Shown piece by piece: positions 22,799 to 33,377 of a stretch of DNA of 64,000 nucleotides. The translations under genes were made by a program, and so were the position numbers. Positions within the stretch are counted from its first letter, which is position 1, and each line of letters opens with the position of its first letter. The DNA comes from Corallochytrium limacisporum Hawaii. Its lineage: Eukaryota; Protista; Pluriformea. A model generated the notes under the pieces. It was not told where the DNA came from, made no database searches, and was given only the letters and a program-made list of their open reading frames with translations. The stretch spans positions 73,198 through 137,197 of the forward strand of contig PDIP01000005.1 of the NCBI GenBank assembly GCA_002811645.1. Direction: 5' to 3'.

Positions 22799-24262
22799 TT
22801 AGTTGTTCCGTTTGAGCCACTCTTCGACCCAGGCCTTCAGAATGTTCTCGATCTTCTCTCGCGTATGGGTCAGCCTGTGTCCAACACCGACGCACTTCGA
22901 ACCATCCCCCCGTGGCTGGTTAGGCCACTCTGGGCACCCCCGAAGGTCCACGCCGTGGCCGCAGTTGTCACATTCAATGTAGATATCATGTAAATCATTA
23001 TCTACCTGGTACGGGAACAGTTCATCCTTTACACTTGCCATACGCCACGGGTCCTGAGATGCATTTGTGAAAATGATCTTAGTAGCGTCAATGTCCACGC
23101 CCCCGTACCGAGTGTTCAATGTTGTCACTGGCGGCGGTATCAGAATGGCAAAGACATGTTGGCACACTTTGGCCCAGTATTGACGATCGATGAGCGTCGA
23201 ACGCAGAGAGTCTTGGTCGGGTGCGATCTGAAACCATCCGAACTCTGTGCACTTTTGCCACAGCCACTGAACACCAGGCACTCCATCGACACCATCTTTG
23301 TCGCTGACATCGTAGGAGCCACAATCTGACCCGAAAAATTGTTCAAATTGTGGTCTGACCCATGTTGCTATCTGTTGCGCCGCCTCTGCACCGTCATCAT
23401 CCTTGTTGCTGGAGATGTGGTCGCACATCTCCAGCCTATATCCGTACTGCACACTTTGGCTGACAGCATCAGCAAGACAGTAGAGATAATCCTCATTATG
23501 CAGATGAAGACCGTTAACAATCTTCCGCAGAAGCTCGTCTGCGGAACGCTGTTCATCGCCTTTGTCCCTAGTTAAAGCAATTTTCTCTGCATAGTCGAGA
23601 CCACGCTGAATTCGGTTACGGCACCCGGGATCAAGAACCCGGGAGATCGCGTCGTCGAACTGCCAAAAATCATCGATGGCCTCCACCACTGCACTACTGG
23701 CAAGGGCACCGACAGTTAGATGCGGGTACTTCACTCGAAACCAGGCAGCCACTGCGCCTGAGTAACTGACTCCGATAACGATCCAAGGTCGATCCGTCTC
23801 GTAGTGCAGGTTGGCGATCAGGTTGATCTCAGTGTTCACGTAGTCACGGATGGTGGCTAAGTCTTCCATGTGTTGTTCAACGGACAAAAAGCGAAGCTTC
23901 TCTACCGACAGTTGATCGTACGGTATGCTATCACCGTAATATCTATGCTCCGGTGTCAAAATCGCAGCACCCATTCTGTCAGCCAGAACTTGGACGTAGT
24001 CGTTAGGAATGCCCCGGCAGGCGGTCTCGCCACACAGGTACAGAATCACAGGAGAAGTGCGAGGATCCTGGTAACGGGTGAAGTCAAGGTAGACCTTCTG
24101 CTGGAAAGTGTCTGTGTTAAGCGCATCAAAGTGGTCAAGGCACTGATCATACCAAAACATGGGCGCCTGGGTGTCTAAGGCACCAGCCCGATTGATAGTG
24201 ACCGCCCCCTGGCAACTCACACTCAAAAGAGCTATGACAACAGCATAAAATTGGAAGGCCAT
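22799..24262 (-). CDS. Serine carboxypeptidase family S28 (secreted/lysosomal)
   Basis: Signal peptide; QCLDHF, EHRYYGDS, GVSYSG nucleophile, WQKCTEFGWFQ, DPW and catalytic His (GHGVDL). Confidence 0.93.
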   Translation of the reverse strand: MAFQFYAVVIALLSVSCQGAVTINRAGALDTQAPMFWYDQCLDHFDALNTDTFQQKVYLDFTRYQDPRTSPVILYLCGETACRGIPNDYVQVLADRMGAAILTPEHRYYGDSIPYDQLSVEKLRFLSVEQHMEDLATIRDYVNTEINLIANLHYETDRPWIVIGVSYSGAVAAWFRVKYPHLTVGALASSAVVEAIDDFWQFDDAISRVLDPGCRNRIQRGLDYAEKIALTRDKGDEQRSADELLRKIVNGLHLHNEDYLYCLADAVSQSVQYGYRLEMCDHISSNKDDDGAEAAQQIATWVRPQFEQFFGSDCGSYDVSDKDGVDGVPGVQWLWQKCTEFGWFQIAPDQDSLRSTLIDRQYWAKVCQHVFAILIPPPVTTLNTRYGGVDIDATKIIFTNASQDPWRMASVKDELFPYQVDNDLHDIYIECDNCGHGVDLRGCPEWPNQPRGDGSKCVGVGHRLTHTREKIENILKAWVEEWLKRNN

Positions 24263-24673
24263 GGTTCCCGTTTTATCTCAAACCGCTTTCAATGCAGTAT
24301 ATTATATCATCAGCCTGGCCGTGCAAACCATCCTGACGTACCCGAACCTTTCAGCTGTACCCTACAGTGTGCAGGCCTCGCGGCTGTCTTCATCGTTCCC
24401 GGCAACGCCAACCAATTCAAACTCGCCTTACCTGCAGAGCGCAGTCAAGCAAGGGCACCCGAAAATTGGTGCGACTCTTCTTGAGACGGGGAGAGGAAGC
24501 GAATAGCCCTAACCGCTTGGGTAACTTTTACAACTGACCAGAATAGTTCTTATAGTGTAAGTATGGAACAGGATGATATATTGGAATGTTGGAATTTCGT
24601 CTTCGTAGTCGGGAGTAGTGTACGTTAGACTAAGTGCAGTTGTGATGGTGACATTATGGAATCGATGAATGAT

Positions 24674-25579
24674 TTAGCTGCGCTTCTTCAATGCCTCGAA
24701 GCGAGCCGCCAGATCATCGAGATCAGGATCTGCAGACTTGCTGACCGGCGGACTGGGTAATGGCCGGTCACTACGGGGTGAAAGCGGTGGTTTGGTTGCT
24801 GCTGCTGGTGGTGAATCTCCTTTTTGTGCATTGCTGTCGTTTCCGTCACCGTTCTTGTCATTATATCGTGGCGGATAGTTCAGGGTACCCTTGGGCGTGG
24901 GTGGCACCTGACTGTAGACTTCCTCGTCATTGAAATCCTTAAAGTCGGCACTGCCGCGGAACCGTGGCCCACCGAGCTCAATGTACGTCATGCCTTCTGG
25001 AGCGTTTGCCTCAAGGCGAGCCACCTCGGCCTCCTGTTCATAGTCCCGGGCAGGACTCCAGTCAACCCTGTGACTCTGTGCAATGGCTACGAGATAATTA
25101 GTGACCAGTAGTGACTTCGGTGCCGAGACGCTGAGCTTATCCATTACTCGGCTGTTGACCATGCCATTCATGTTTTCCAGGGCCATCATCATGAATTCCG
25201 GGCCATACTTGCCAGCGAACAGTTCTTTGACAACTGTAAGCTCACGAATATCAGAAGAGAGACGAGGGGCAGCCCAAATCACTGTACAGACAGCCTCTTC
25301 AATACCAGGGTCGCAAGTTCTCATAGATTCAATGAGACCGAAGCGAGCCAGCAAAAGGTCGCAGTACAACTCTAGCAGTTCGCAGGCATCGATCAGCTGG
25401 TCTTCATTGATAACATGTTCCACCTTGATCCTAGCGCTTTCTTCCTTTCCTTTCTCGAGCAAAGCAGCGATTTCCTTGCGCAGTACTGCATTCTGATTAT
25501 TCTTCTTTCCCTGAAGCATTTTCAGGCGATTAATCGCCAGCTTCAAATTCACCTTCAGCTTATCCTTATTATATCTCAT
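24674..25579 (-). CDS. IST1: ESCRT-III-associated IST1
   Basis: KLKVNLKLAINRL, ARIKVEHVI and ELYC motifs; C-terminal MIM1 DLDDLAARFEALKK. ATG at 25579. Confidence 0.95.
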   Translation of the reverse strand: MRYNKDKLKVNLKLAINRLKMLQGKKNNQNAVLRKEIAALLEKGKEESARIKVEHVINEDQLIDACELLELYCDLLLARFGLIESMRTCDPGIEEAVCTVIWAAPRLSSDIRELTVVKELFAGKYGPEFMMMALENMNGMVNSRVMDKLSVSAPKSLLVTNYLVAIAQSHRVDWSPARDYEQEAEVARLEANAPEGMTYIELGGPRFRGSADFKDFNDEEVYSQVPPTPKGTLNYPPRYNDKNGDGNDSNAQKGDSPPAAATKPPLSPRSDRPLPSPPVSKSADPDLDDLAARFEALKKRS

Positions 25580-26447
25580 TATGGACGAAGTTTTGCTTTG
25601 TTTTCTCCCTGTGCCAGGAATTCTGCACACTTGCCGCCGTTGCGCGATCACCAGAACTTGAGTACCTCTTTCATATTACCAGTGTGACGTTCTTATCGCT
25701 CCCACAAAACTTAGTGATAGCAACTAGCTTAGTATACTGGGACATTTCGTTCCACTGTCCTTCCTCGCTCATGACTAAAATGTTTCTCCTGCTGTGTGGC
25801 TGCTTCCGCTGCTGCACAGAGTGACCCTCGCTCACTACATATCGGTGAACTATGAAGAAGAAAATTTTTTTGAAGCCAGTTTGGGTGTGTGATAAAATGG
25901 ACACCGGCGTACGCAGGCTCATTCGCTATTGCTCCCTTGTGCGTGTATGATCGACCAGGGGCACAATTGAGTACGACTTGTTGTGAACTTAAAGTTTGCA
26001 TCACTGCAGGTTTCACCCCATATCACAGATCAAAGACCACTTGGTCACTACCTGTACGTGCTCCGTGTGTTGTTACCGACGAGGCAAGCGGATCTCCACT
26101 GGTACAAGATGGTACAAGATGGTCAGCCAGTGTATTTCTTACCAAGGTGACGAGACCAAAAAGGCAGGTACTGCGAGGAGGAGAACACTACGCGAGCGAA
26201 GCCGCGCGGCTGTGCAACCCTGCTCTATGAAACGTGCGGAAAACACAAAACACCCGCTCGGTTCATAGATAGTCGGCTCTAGCAAAACCCCTTCCGAGTG
26301 CATTCTGTTACGAAAAGCCAAATGGCAAAAAATGCTGGTAACCTTATGGTGATATAATCGCAAAACAGGAAAAGCGTTTAGGTTCATAAAATCACTGCTG
26401 GCAGCTAAGTTTTTACCTTCGCACATTACTCAAGTAATATCAGCATC

Positions 26448-26465
26448 GGTTAGGGTTAGGGTTAG
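26448..26465 (+). repeat. Short interstitial telomere-like tract (GGTTAG)3
   Basis: GGTTAGGGTTAGGGTTAG read directly from the sequence. Confidence 0.7.
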
Positions 26466-26569
26466 CATGGTTCAAATGGGTAATTTGGTGAATCGTCCAT
26501 ATAACCGTAGCTACCTGTGTATCTAATATGTAGTAGAATATGAACAATAGGCCGCCAGGGCGCCATTGC

Positions 26570-27379
26570 TTAAGACATTAGGAGAGTGGTGCTGGGGATG
26601 ACACTGAGACCATCAGCTTGCTTCGGCCGACCGTTGCGCCTTTGTGCGCTCGCCTTGGACATTTTCAACTTGCCGTCCCGCGTGATAGCAACCGGATCGA
26701 GGACGAGGCTGTCGACCACCACTTCGCCCTCAGGTGCCCAAGATTTGACCAGCGCTTCGCCAACGAGGACCATGTCTGCTTTCGGTGGCAGGCCGTCGCG
26801 GGACACCTTGATCTCAATTGCTAATGATGTGTCACCCTGGAGCACCGTGTAGGATGTCCGGGCCTCCTTCTCAATGAAACCAGAGAATAATTCACTGCAC
26901 GTTTTTGCAAAGCCAGAGAATTCTCTTACGCTTGATCGTACTTTGCGCAGAGGTACAGAGCAGAATTGTGAGCTCAACCAGCGAATGTAGGGACCCTGTA
27001 GCTTCTTAGGTGTGCTCCTCAAACCAATGATGATCTTCCGACTTCGACTCAATTGCACAAAGCCTGAAAAGGAAAAATCCGATACAGGCGCTTCTTCCCG
27101 AAAGGCTTCATCAGTCCCTCTTGGTGATCTAAAGCTGAAATAGACTGTGTCTTGCAAACGTTTCACTTTCCAGTTGTCCCTATCCACCAAATGAATGAAC
27201 TGTGATCTAGACCCGAACGTTGTGTCGTCCGGAATCCATGAGTATTCACCTTTGCGTCCGAAGACTTCCTTTGCCACCACCGGTGAGATTCGCCCCCGGT
27301 AGAGTGTATACGTACCGTGTTCAATTATCTCTGTCATTATTGTCTGTGACCCTCCATACTTTATGTAAGTCTCTTCCAT
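26570..27379 (-). CDS. Hypothetical protein, possibly a divergent CENP-L/Iml3 kinetochore subunit
   Basis: 269-aa ATG ORF. WLSSQF and VAITRDGKLK resemble the CENP-L WLxxxF and C-terminal DGKxK patterns; the match is weak. Confidence 0.45.
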   Translation of the reverse strand: MEETYIKYGGSQTIMTEIIEHGTYTLYRGRISPVVAKEVFGRKGEYSWIPDDTTFGSRSQFIHLVDRDNWKVKRLQDTVYFSFRSPRGTDEAFREEAPVSDFSFSGFVQLSRSRKIIIGLRSTPKKLQGPYIRWLSSQFCSVPLRKVRSSVREFSGFAKTCSELFSGFIEKEARTSYTVLQGDTSLAIEIKVSRDGLPPKADMVLVGEALVKSWAPEGEVVVDSLVLDPVAITRDGKLKMSKASAQRRNGRPKQADGLSVIPSTTLLMS

Positions 27380-27408
27380 GACCTTTCTTTTGCTTCGGAA
27401 ATACCACC

Positions 27409-28824
27409 ATGGCAGTGGGTATCAGGGATGTCCATTTTGAACTATGCGTGTCTATGACACGGCGCAATAGCTCTCAAACCGTTCGCGCCCAAGACCCCTC
27501 CCTCCTGTTCAATGTCTTCTCGATACACAGCACGACTGCTCCCCAAAATGTGGCAGTATTGATTTTCACCATTTCCCTTTGGTCCGCTCCATTTTCCCTT
27601 CCGCCGGCATCCGTCCTATGCATTGGAAATATACCACGGAAACGGAACTTGCAGTACTCAATGTACCAAAGACGGTCAGGTTTGAGGAATCTTGTGGTGG
27701 GAAGGGGTTCTCCTGCCTAACGGAATCCACAGACCGTGCGCACCGTGGGCCGTCAAAGGAGAACGCGAAAGATGAACACAGCCATCTGGCAAGGGAGAAG
27801 ATCGGAGAGATGGGTAGCAATCTCGAGGACGAGGGAACCTTTGTGCTTCCCGAAGAGCGCCAATACTGCATCAAACTTGAAGCGGTCAAGATTCTGCCTG
27901 AATTTTATTCACGTGGCGACGACGAAAGACCAAAAAGGCCAGCACCAACGCTGGACAAACCATTGAGGTTACCCCAGATATCAAGGAACTTGAGAACTTG
28001 GAGAAGACAGCACGCGCAAAACTCGCATACTCTCTGAGATTGGTATTCAAAGAAGAGGGCAGCTTGCAGGTGCTGCCTAATGTTGGACTAGAGCAGGAAT
28101 GCACAGCTTTCAAGGATGCCATTGAAGCTGCCAGTCCCGGTCGCCACGATAAGGCTGCAGCCAAGCGCGACTTCTACATCCAAGCCCTCTCCCAACCCAC
28201 GCATTTCAGATCTTTCTCAAGGCCCACTCAGACGGCCGTGCACTTGTGGAGAGTCAACTGCTCCATAACAATGCCTTCAGCGCGGCTGCTACCGAGGAAT
28301 CTGCGACCAAGGTAGCCACGGCTGCTTTGGGAGAGGCAGCGAGTGGAAACGACGCATCCCTGACCACAATCGATGCGTTCCACAAACACCCCATCGCTAA
28401 CAGAGGGAACGGTACTTCATCGCCCGTAGCTTACGATGACGAGTATGCCGCATTGGTTGATAGTGAGAAGCTGAGGCTCATCAGCGAGTCCAAGATCTCC
28501 ATCGAATTCCATCATGCCGAGCCGCTGAATCGAAATCAATTCTGCCATGTGTTTAGCGTTGCGCAGCGGGAATCTCTGACTGCCTCAGTGATTGAGTCAG
28601 TGAAGCTTGAAAGGCGATTCAATGAAGTCGAGAAGGCCCTCCGAGCACAAGTTCGGGGGGAGGTGGCGGAGATCGCCAGGAAGCGGGTTGCAGAGGAGGC
28701 CGCCCGCAGGGCCGCCGAGGAAGAATTGGCATTGAGTCGGCCGCGAAAGGTCGAGGATGAGATTCTAGAGAAGCCGAAGGCAGCGGAGACAGCTGGCAGT
28801 GCCAACAAAGGCAAGAAGAAGTAA
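27409..28824 (+). pseudogene. Frameshift-interrupted androglobin C-terminal-like locus
   Basis: Overlapping ORFs 27579-28037, 27998-28315 and 28246-28824 lie in successive -1 frames. YSLRLV..EQECTAFKDAIEAASPGRHDKA resembles the androglobin C-terminal LRLV..KxAWExxEPGRAxKA segment. No calpain or globin domain is visible; the 5' end is uncertain. Confidence 0.55.
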
Positions 28825-28958
28825 ACTTGAATAGTGAACATATGCATCAGCCAGAGTAAAATCACGCGCCACAGATTGCGTTGTTCTTCAATTACAGGGC
28901 AATACGAAGTAAACACAGTCCAACTATAAGACTTCTGGTCCTTTTCGGATTTAAATCA

Positions 28959-29801
28959 TTACGATGACTTGGTCTTGTTGGCTGCTGCACGCCGTCCCAT
29001 GGGCCATAGCCCAGCCTTGCCCACAAACGGTGTCAGGATGGGCGTGCGGTGGCAGTACTCGATGTAGGCGGGGTCCTTGCCAAACTTCTTCATCGATGCA
29101 CGCTCAAGCATGGGTACACCGCTCATACGTGTCAGAAGGTAGGCCGTGAACGCTGGGGAGATGAAGGCAGCATAACGATACATCGGGTCGATCCCGGAGT
29201 ATGAGAGAATGGCCATGCCAATCCAAAGGGTGATTTCTCCGAAGTAATTTGGATGACGGCTGACGCTCCACAATCCATGAGAAATAAACTTGTGTCTGTT
29301 ATCAGGTGAAGACTGCTGGAAAGACCATTTCTGGTAGTCCGCGACCCATTCAAAGAGAAGCCCCGAGACATATACCACGGCGCCGAATACATCTACCGCA
29401 GTTAGAGGGTGCTCGCGAGCGGGGCCAACTTCTGCTAGACCCAAGTAGGCAGGGCAGGCAGTGATCAATACCCACACGCCCTGAATGCCCCAGAACACAG
29501 CCAGCATCGCCGGGTTGTCCCGCACACCATCAAAACGTCCATCCTTACCATCCCTGAGCACACGACGGAAGAGGTAGACGCCGAGTCTGCCGCACCAAAG
29601 GAGCACAGCACCCGCGAGAAGTGTCTGCCGATATGTCAACGGTTCGTAGTGAGCTCGCATGTACAAGATATTTGTCGCAAAACTGAGCGCACCGAAGAGA
29701 TCGTAATGCTTTTCAGTCTGTAGCAGAGCACTCGCGATGTAGCCGATGCCCTGAACGGCGTAGGTAGTGGCCAAAAGTTGGAGCACACCCGGTCCCGACA
29801 T
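28959..29801 (-). CDS. DUF1295 / steroid 5-alpha-reductase-like membrane protein
   Basis: TEKHYDLFG, RLGVYLFRR..GKDGRFD, ADYQKW, GLWSVSRHPNYFGE and SGVPMLE. ATG at 29801. Confidence 0.92.
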   Translation of the reverse strand: MSGPGVLQLLATTYAVQGIGYIASALLQTEKHYDLFGALSFATNILYMRAHYEPLTYRQTLLAGAVLLWCGRLGVYLFRRVLRDGKDGRFDGVRDNPAMLAVFWGIQGVWVLITACPAYLGLAEVGPAREHPLTAVDVFGAVVYVSGLLFEWVADYQKWSFQQSSPDNRHKFISHGLWSVSRHPNYFGEITLWIGMAILSYSGIDPMYRYAAFISPAFTAYLLTRMSGVPMLERASMKKFGKDPAYIEYCHRTPILTPFVGKAGLWPMGRRAAANKTKSS

Positions 29802-30874
29802 GACTGATAGGCTCTGTTCGACTATCTTGAAACTTATAGTGGGGCTTGAACACAAGCTTTTGACCACAGAGAAAATTCTGGTCGCCCTCACTTAGCCCTT
29901 TGACATAGATTGTCTGAAGAGATGGGCTCTTCAAAGTACCTATCTGATTTTGGACACGAACAACCCCACAAGAAGGGACGTATAACGGAAGCGTAGGGAT
30001 GCCCTCCTGAACGGGCGCGGGGAGATGGAGGTTGGAGTCTGTATGCCCGCAAATCGTTCAACCCGTTTACGCACACCATTCCCCGGGGAAAGGGATTGCT
30101 TTCCCAAATGGCTCACTTCTTGTCGCCGTGTGTCTTCAGCCCCAGTGTTCCTTCTCGCTTTTTCTAATACCGGTCCTTTTCGCCCCAATTTTCTCTGGGT
30201 GCTTGAAAATGATCGACCGGGGATCGATGGGCACGCAAGCCCGGGGGGAGCGGGACCCACCTCGCTCAGAGCTAACGGTTACGGACCGGGGAGGAAATAG
30301 AAAATATACACTCTCCGCCGTGGTCCGTGCCAGCAGCCATTCCCGAGTATGCACAACGGGGAAAATGGAGCCTGGGGGCTGCTGGTGAGGAGGGTGGGGC
30401 AAACATTTTTTCTTTTTTTTTTGGGTTTGAACAGTTCTGCTAAAGGGCGCTCTTCATACGGAGGGGATCGTGTGTTTCTCTTTTTTTCTCCCTTGGTTTT
30501 TCCCGGCGTGAGAGGCAAGGAAGTGTTCGGTGTGAGTGACGAGGGTCAAGTGCACAACTCTCAAGAGACGAGGAGGGTGTCGGGTTGGGCCACATACAGG
30601 AGTGGGTCCGTGGGTTAGGGAGGACGAAGCTTTTGTGTCTGCTGACGGATCAGACCCAACACCGGCCTAAATAGGGCCGAACACCTGCTGCACGGGTGGC
30701 ACGAGCCAGTCCGGGCAATGGGAAGACACATACAACCAGTGTTATTATTGCCCTCGTTCATTCTACCAGCACCTGCTTGCGCTATTTCAACTGCAACCAC
30801 GACTCTGGTAAATTTGTAGAGTTTCATTCGGAGTTAAACCATACAACAGATCGTAAGTTGTGGACAAGGAAACG

Positions 30875-31153
30875 ATGGTCGCAGAGACAGAGATCGAACG
30901 AAAGCAACTGCAGGCCCAGAAGGCGACCTGGCAAGAGGCTGAAGAGCGCTCCAACATTGCCATTAGGCGCGGTTTGAAGGTCGGTGGCTCTACTGCAGCT
31001 GTGTTGGTCGGTCTGAACTTCGTGGGCAATGCAGTCTGGCCCTGGTATCGCAAGGTCAACTTCAGAGCGAAGACCTTCTTCATATCGTCCTTCTCGTGTG
31101 CCATGGTCGTGTTTGCGGCGGACAATTCGTTAGTGGAGCACAAGTTCCGGTAA
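30875..31153 (+). CDS. Small membrane protein, ENOD93/Rcf2-N-like (putative mitochondrial)
   Basis: 92 aa with two hydrophobic segments linked by WPWYRKVNFRAKTFFISS and ending FAAD; coding-like codon usage. Confidence 0.6.
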   Translation: MVAETEIERKQLQAQKATWQEAEERSNIAIRRGLKVGGSTAAVLVGLNFVGNAVWPWYRKVNFRAKTFFISSFSCAMVVFAADNSLVEHKFR

Positions 31154-31354
31154 GATGCTATAAGGGAGTTGAATAAACTAGGACAAAGACGGTAGCGAGG
31201 GCAGAGATCTAGGAATCGATTTGATATCGCTTCGGTAGAGTCAAGATCTGCCCGCAACGCATTGTCACATATATTTGCTATAGAAGAGTTAACACATGTA
31301 TTATCTATCGGTTGTTGAGTGGACTGATTGGAACTGAATCATTTCTTTTACCGT

Positions 31355-32305
31355 TCAGGCAGCACGCTGCATGACAATGACTGCGCTAGGCACCAACCCT
31401 TCGTCCTTCAGCGACTTTTCCAGATCACCTTCATCGTAGACCTTACGAGGGAATGTAGTCATCAGCTTGAAGTTTCCATCGCCGTCCGTGCGGTTCTCAG
31501 TAATGAAATCATACACAGTCTGCAATGTGTCCGTGGCAGCGAACTCGTGGACAAGGGCTTTACCGTTTGTCTGGCGGATCTGCAACTTCGCGACGTTGGC
31601 ATCTGACTTGGGTTGTGAGATCGGTGCAGCGGGTTTCGGGGCTTCTGCGGCTGCCGCTGGTTGTGCACCATTGCCACCGCCACTAGCAAATCGCGCTTTT
31701 CTTTCTGCCTTGTCGCGTTCTAACTGCTCACGGAGTTCCTTCATGCGTTGCCGGTCTGCTTCCCGCTGCCGCCTCTGCTCTTCCGCGGCTCGGACGATCT
31801 TCTGCTGTTCAAGCTCACGCTTAGTCTCTGCTGCCTTCTTGCCCTCTCTAACGCGGTCAATTTCCCGCTGACGACGTTCTTCCTCTTCAACCTTCGCCTC
31901 AGCCGCCCTCTTCTCTCTAATCTTCTCCTGAAGGTAGGCCATCTGCTTCTTGACCTCCTCTTGGCTCAGTTTAGGTGGCATCTCTGCCGATTCCTCGAAA
32001 TTTGCATGCTCCGTCTTTGCAGCATGGAACTCGACTTGCGCATGGCTTCCAAAAATCTTTCCACAGTCCAGACACTTCATTGAATTCGCAGTCAAAGGTG
32101 TCTCTTCCTCGGTAGTTTCACTAGCCCCCTGGTTTTGGCCATCGCCCTCTTCGTTGTTGGAGATCCACTCAATCGTCGCCTCAAGGGTCTTCTCTGGAGC
32201 GTTCTTCAGGGCGGCTTCGATGCGGTCTTGGGCAAAACCCATATCCGCGAGCTGCTGCTTTACCTCGTCTTCACTCGACATGGCATCCGCTTTGCGCTTT
32301 GTCAT
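31355..32305 (-). CDS. UBXN1: UBA - C2H2 finger - coiled coil - UBX p97 cofactor, UBXN1-like
   Basis: UBA LADMGF; CLDCGK..FHAAKTEH; UBX LQIR..G and TTFPRKVY..SLKDEGLVPSA. Confidence 0.85.
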   Translation of the reverse strand: MTKRKADAMSSEDEVKQQLADMGFAQDRIEAALKNAPEKTLEATIEWISNNEEGDGQNQGASETTEEETPLTANSMKCLDCGKIFGSHAQVEFHAAKTEHANFEESAEMPPKLSQEEVKKQMAYLQEKIREKRAAEAKVEEEERRQREIDRVREGKKAAETKRELEQQKIVRAAEEQRRQREADRQRMKELREQLERDKAERKARFASGGGNGAQPAAAAEAPKPAAPISQPKSDANVAKLQIRQTNGKALVHEFAATDTLQTVYDFITENRTDGDGNFKLMTTFPRKVYDEGDLEKSLKDEGLVPSAVIVMQRAA

Positions 32306-33377
32306 TCAAATACAACAGGTAATCCTACGTAACCTAAGCAGCCCGTCGCTGAGGGTTTGACGACCAGTGCACGAATTCATCGTTTTCAAACTAGTATGTT
32401 TACAAATACCTTTACAACAGACTACCAGACGGCTTAGATTATTGATTTTGCATGGTTGACAGATATGGGAATACCGATCGTGTCTCGTCCAGCAGTCAGA
32501 TTGCGCAGTTAGTGTCCCGGTCGCTTATTTGCCCCAGGTTCCCTCTCCGATTCTTCGGGATGGTTTGGGGCCCGAAAGGTTTCGTGTGGTTTATTGCGTA
32601 TCGCAAGGGCACCCAACGGGGAAAGTCGTGTTTCCCTGTTTCCCAAAACAGTCCGCTCACAATGGAGGAACTGAAGGTATCAGCATACCACGTATTGAAG
32701 AACGCAGCCCTTCATCGTCTCGAGTGCCGGACCGGTCCGTGCCGACAACATTAGCTTTGGCATAGGACATAAAAAGAGACTCCCATTCCACCACTTATCC
32801 AGTTGCACGTAAACTGCGCGACGGGCAATGAAATTAGACTCCTAATTCCCCATTTCATAGTGCTATAGAGAATGTACTGGGATGGTCTCTGCCGGGGGAT
32901 GCTGCTCTGTTTGTTGAGCTGGCAGTTGGAGCTGTTTGTGTACTCACACCCACACAGGAGTTGAGAACCTTGGTGGGGAGAGAGAGGCGTAAGGTGGGGC
33001 AGACTGCAGACGTACACAGGGCGGCCAATTTCTGAGGACTGATAGGGGAACCCCTCTGTTTGCGGTCTCAGGCCCGACTGTAGCGGCTGAGCTGCAGGTA
33101 TGGCGGCAATGATAGAGGTGGTTTCTTCTCAGCCTTCGGGACCCACACCAACGAAGACGTCCGCTGGACATTATTTTGAGGTGTACTGCATTTATCAGGT
33201 ATTCAGAACTGTTGCTCACGTGTCTGTCATGTAACTTGCATCAACAAATTGTGAGCAGTGAGAGCGATAACAGGAAGTGAGGACATGGCAATGTAAGAAT
33301 GTGATACCATAAAGAATTCAGACCACAGGCGACTGTATAGAATCGCATTAGAATTAATCAAAAATCAAACAGATACG

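Noticed and set aside
26100-26123. 10-bp tandem duplication TGGTACAAGA
   Set aside because: Isolated slippage-type duplication with no further structure.
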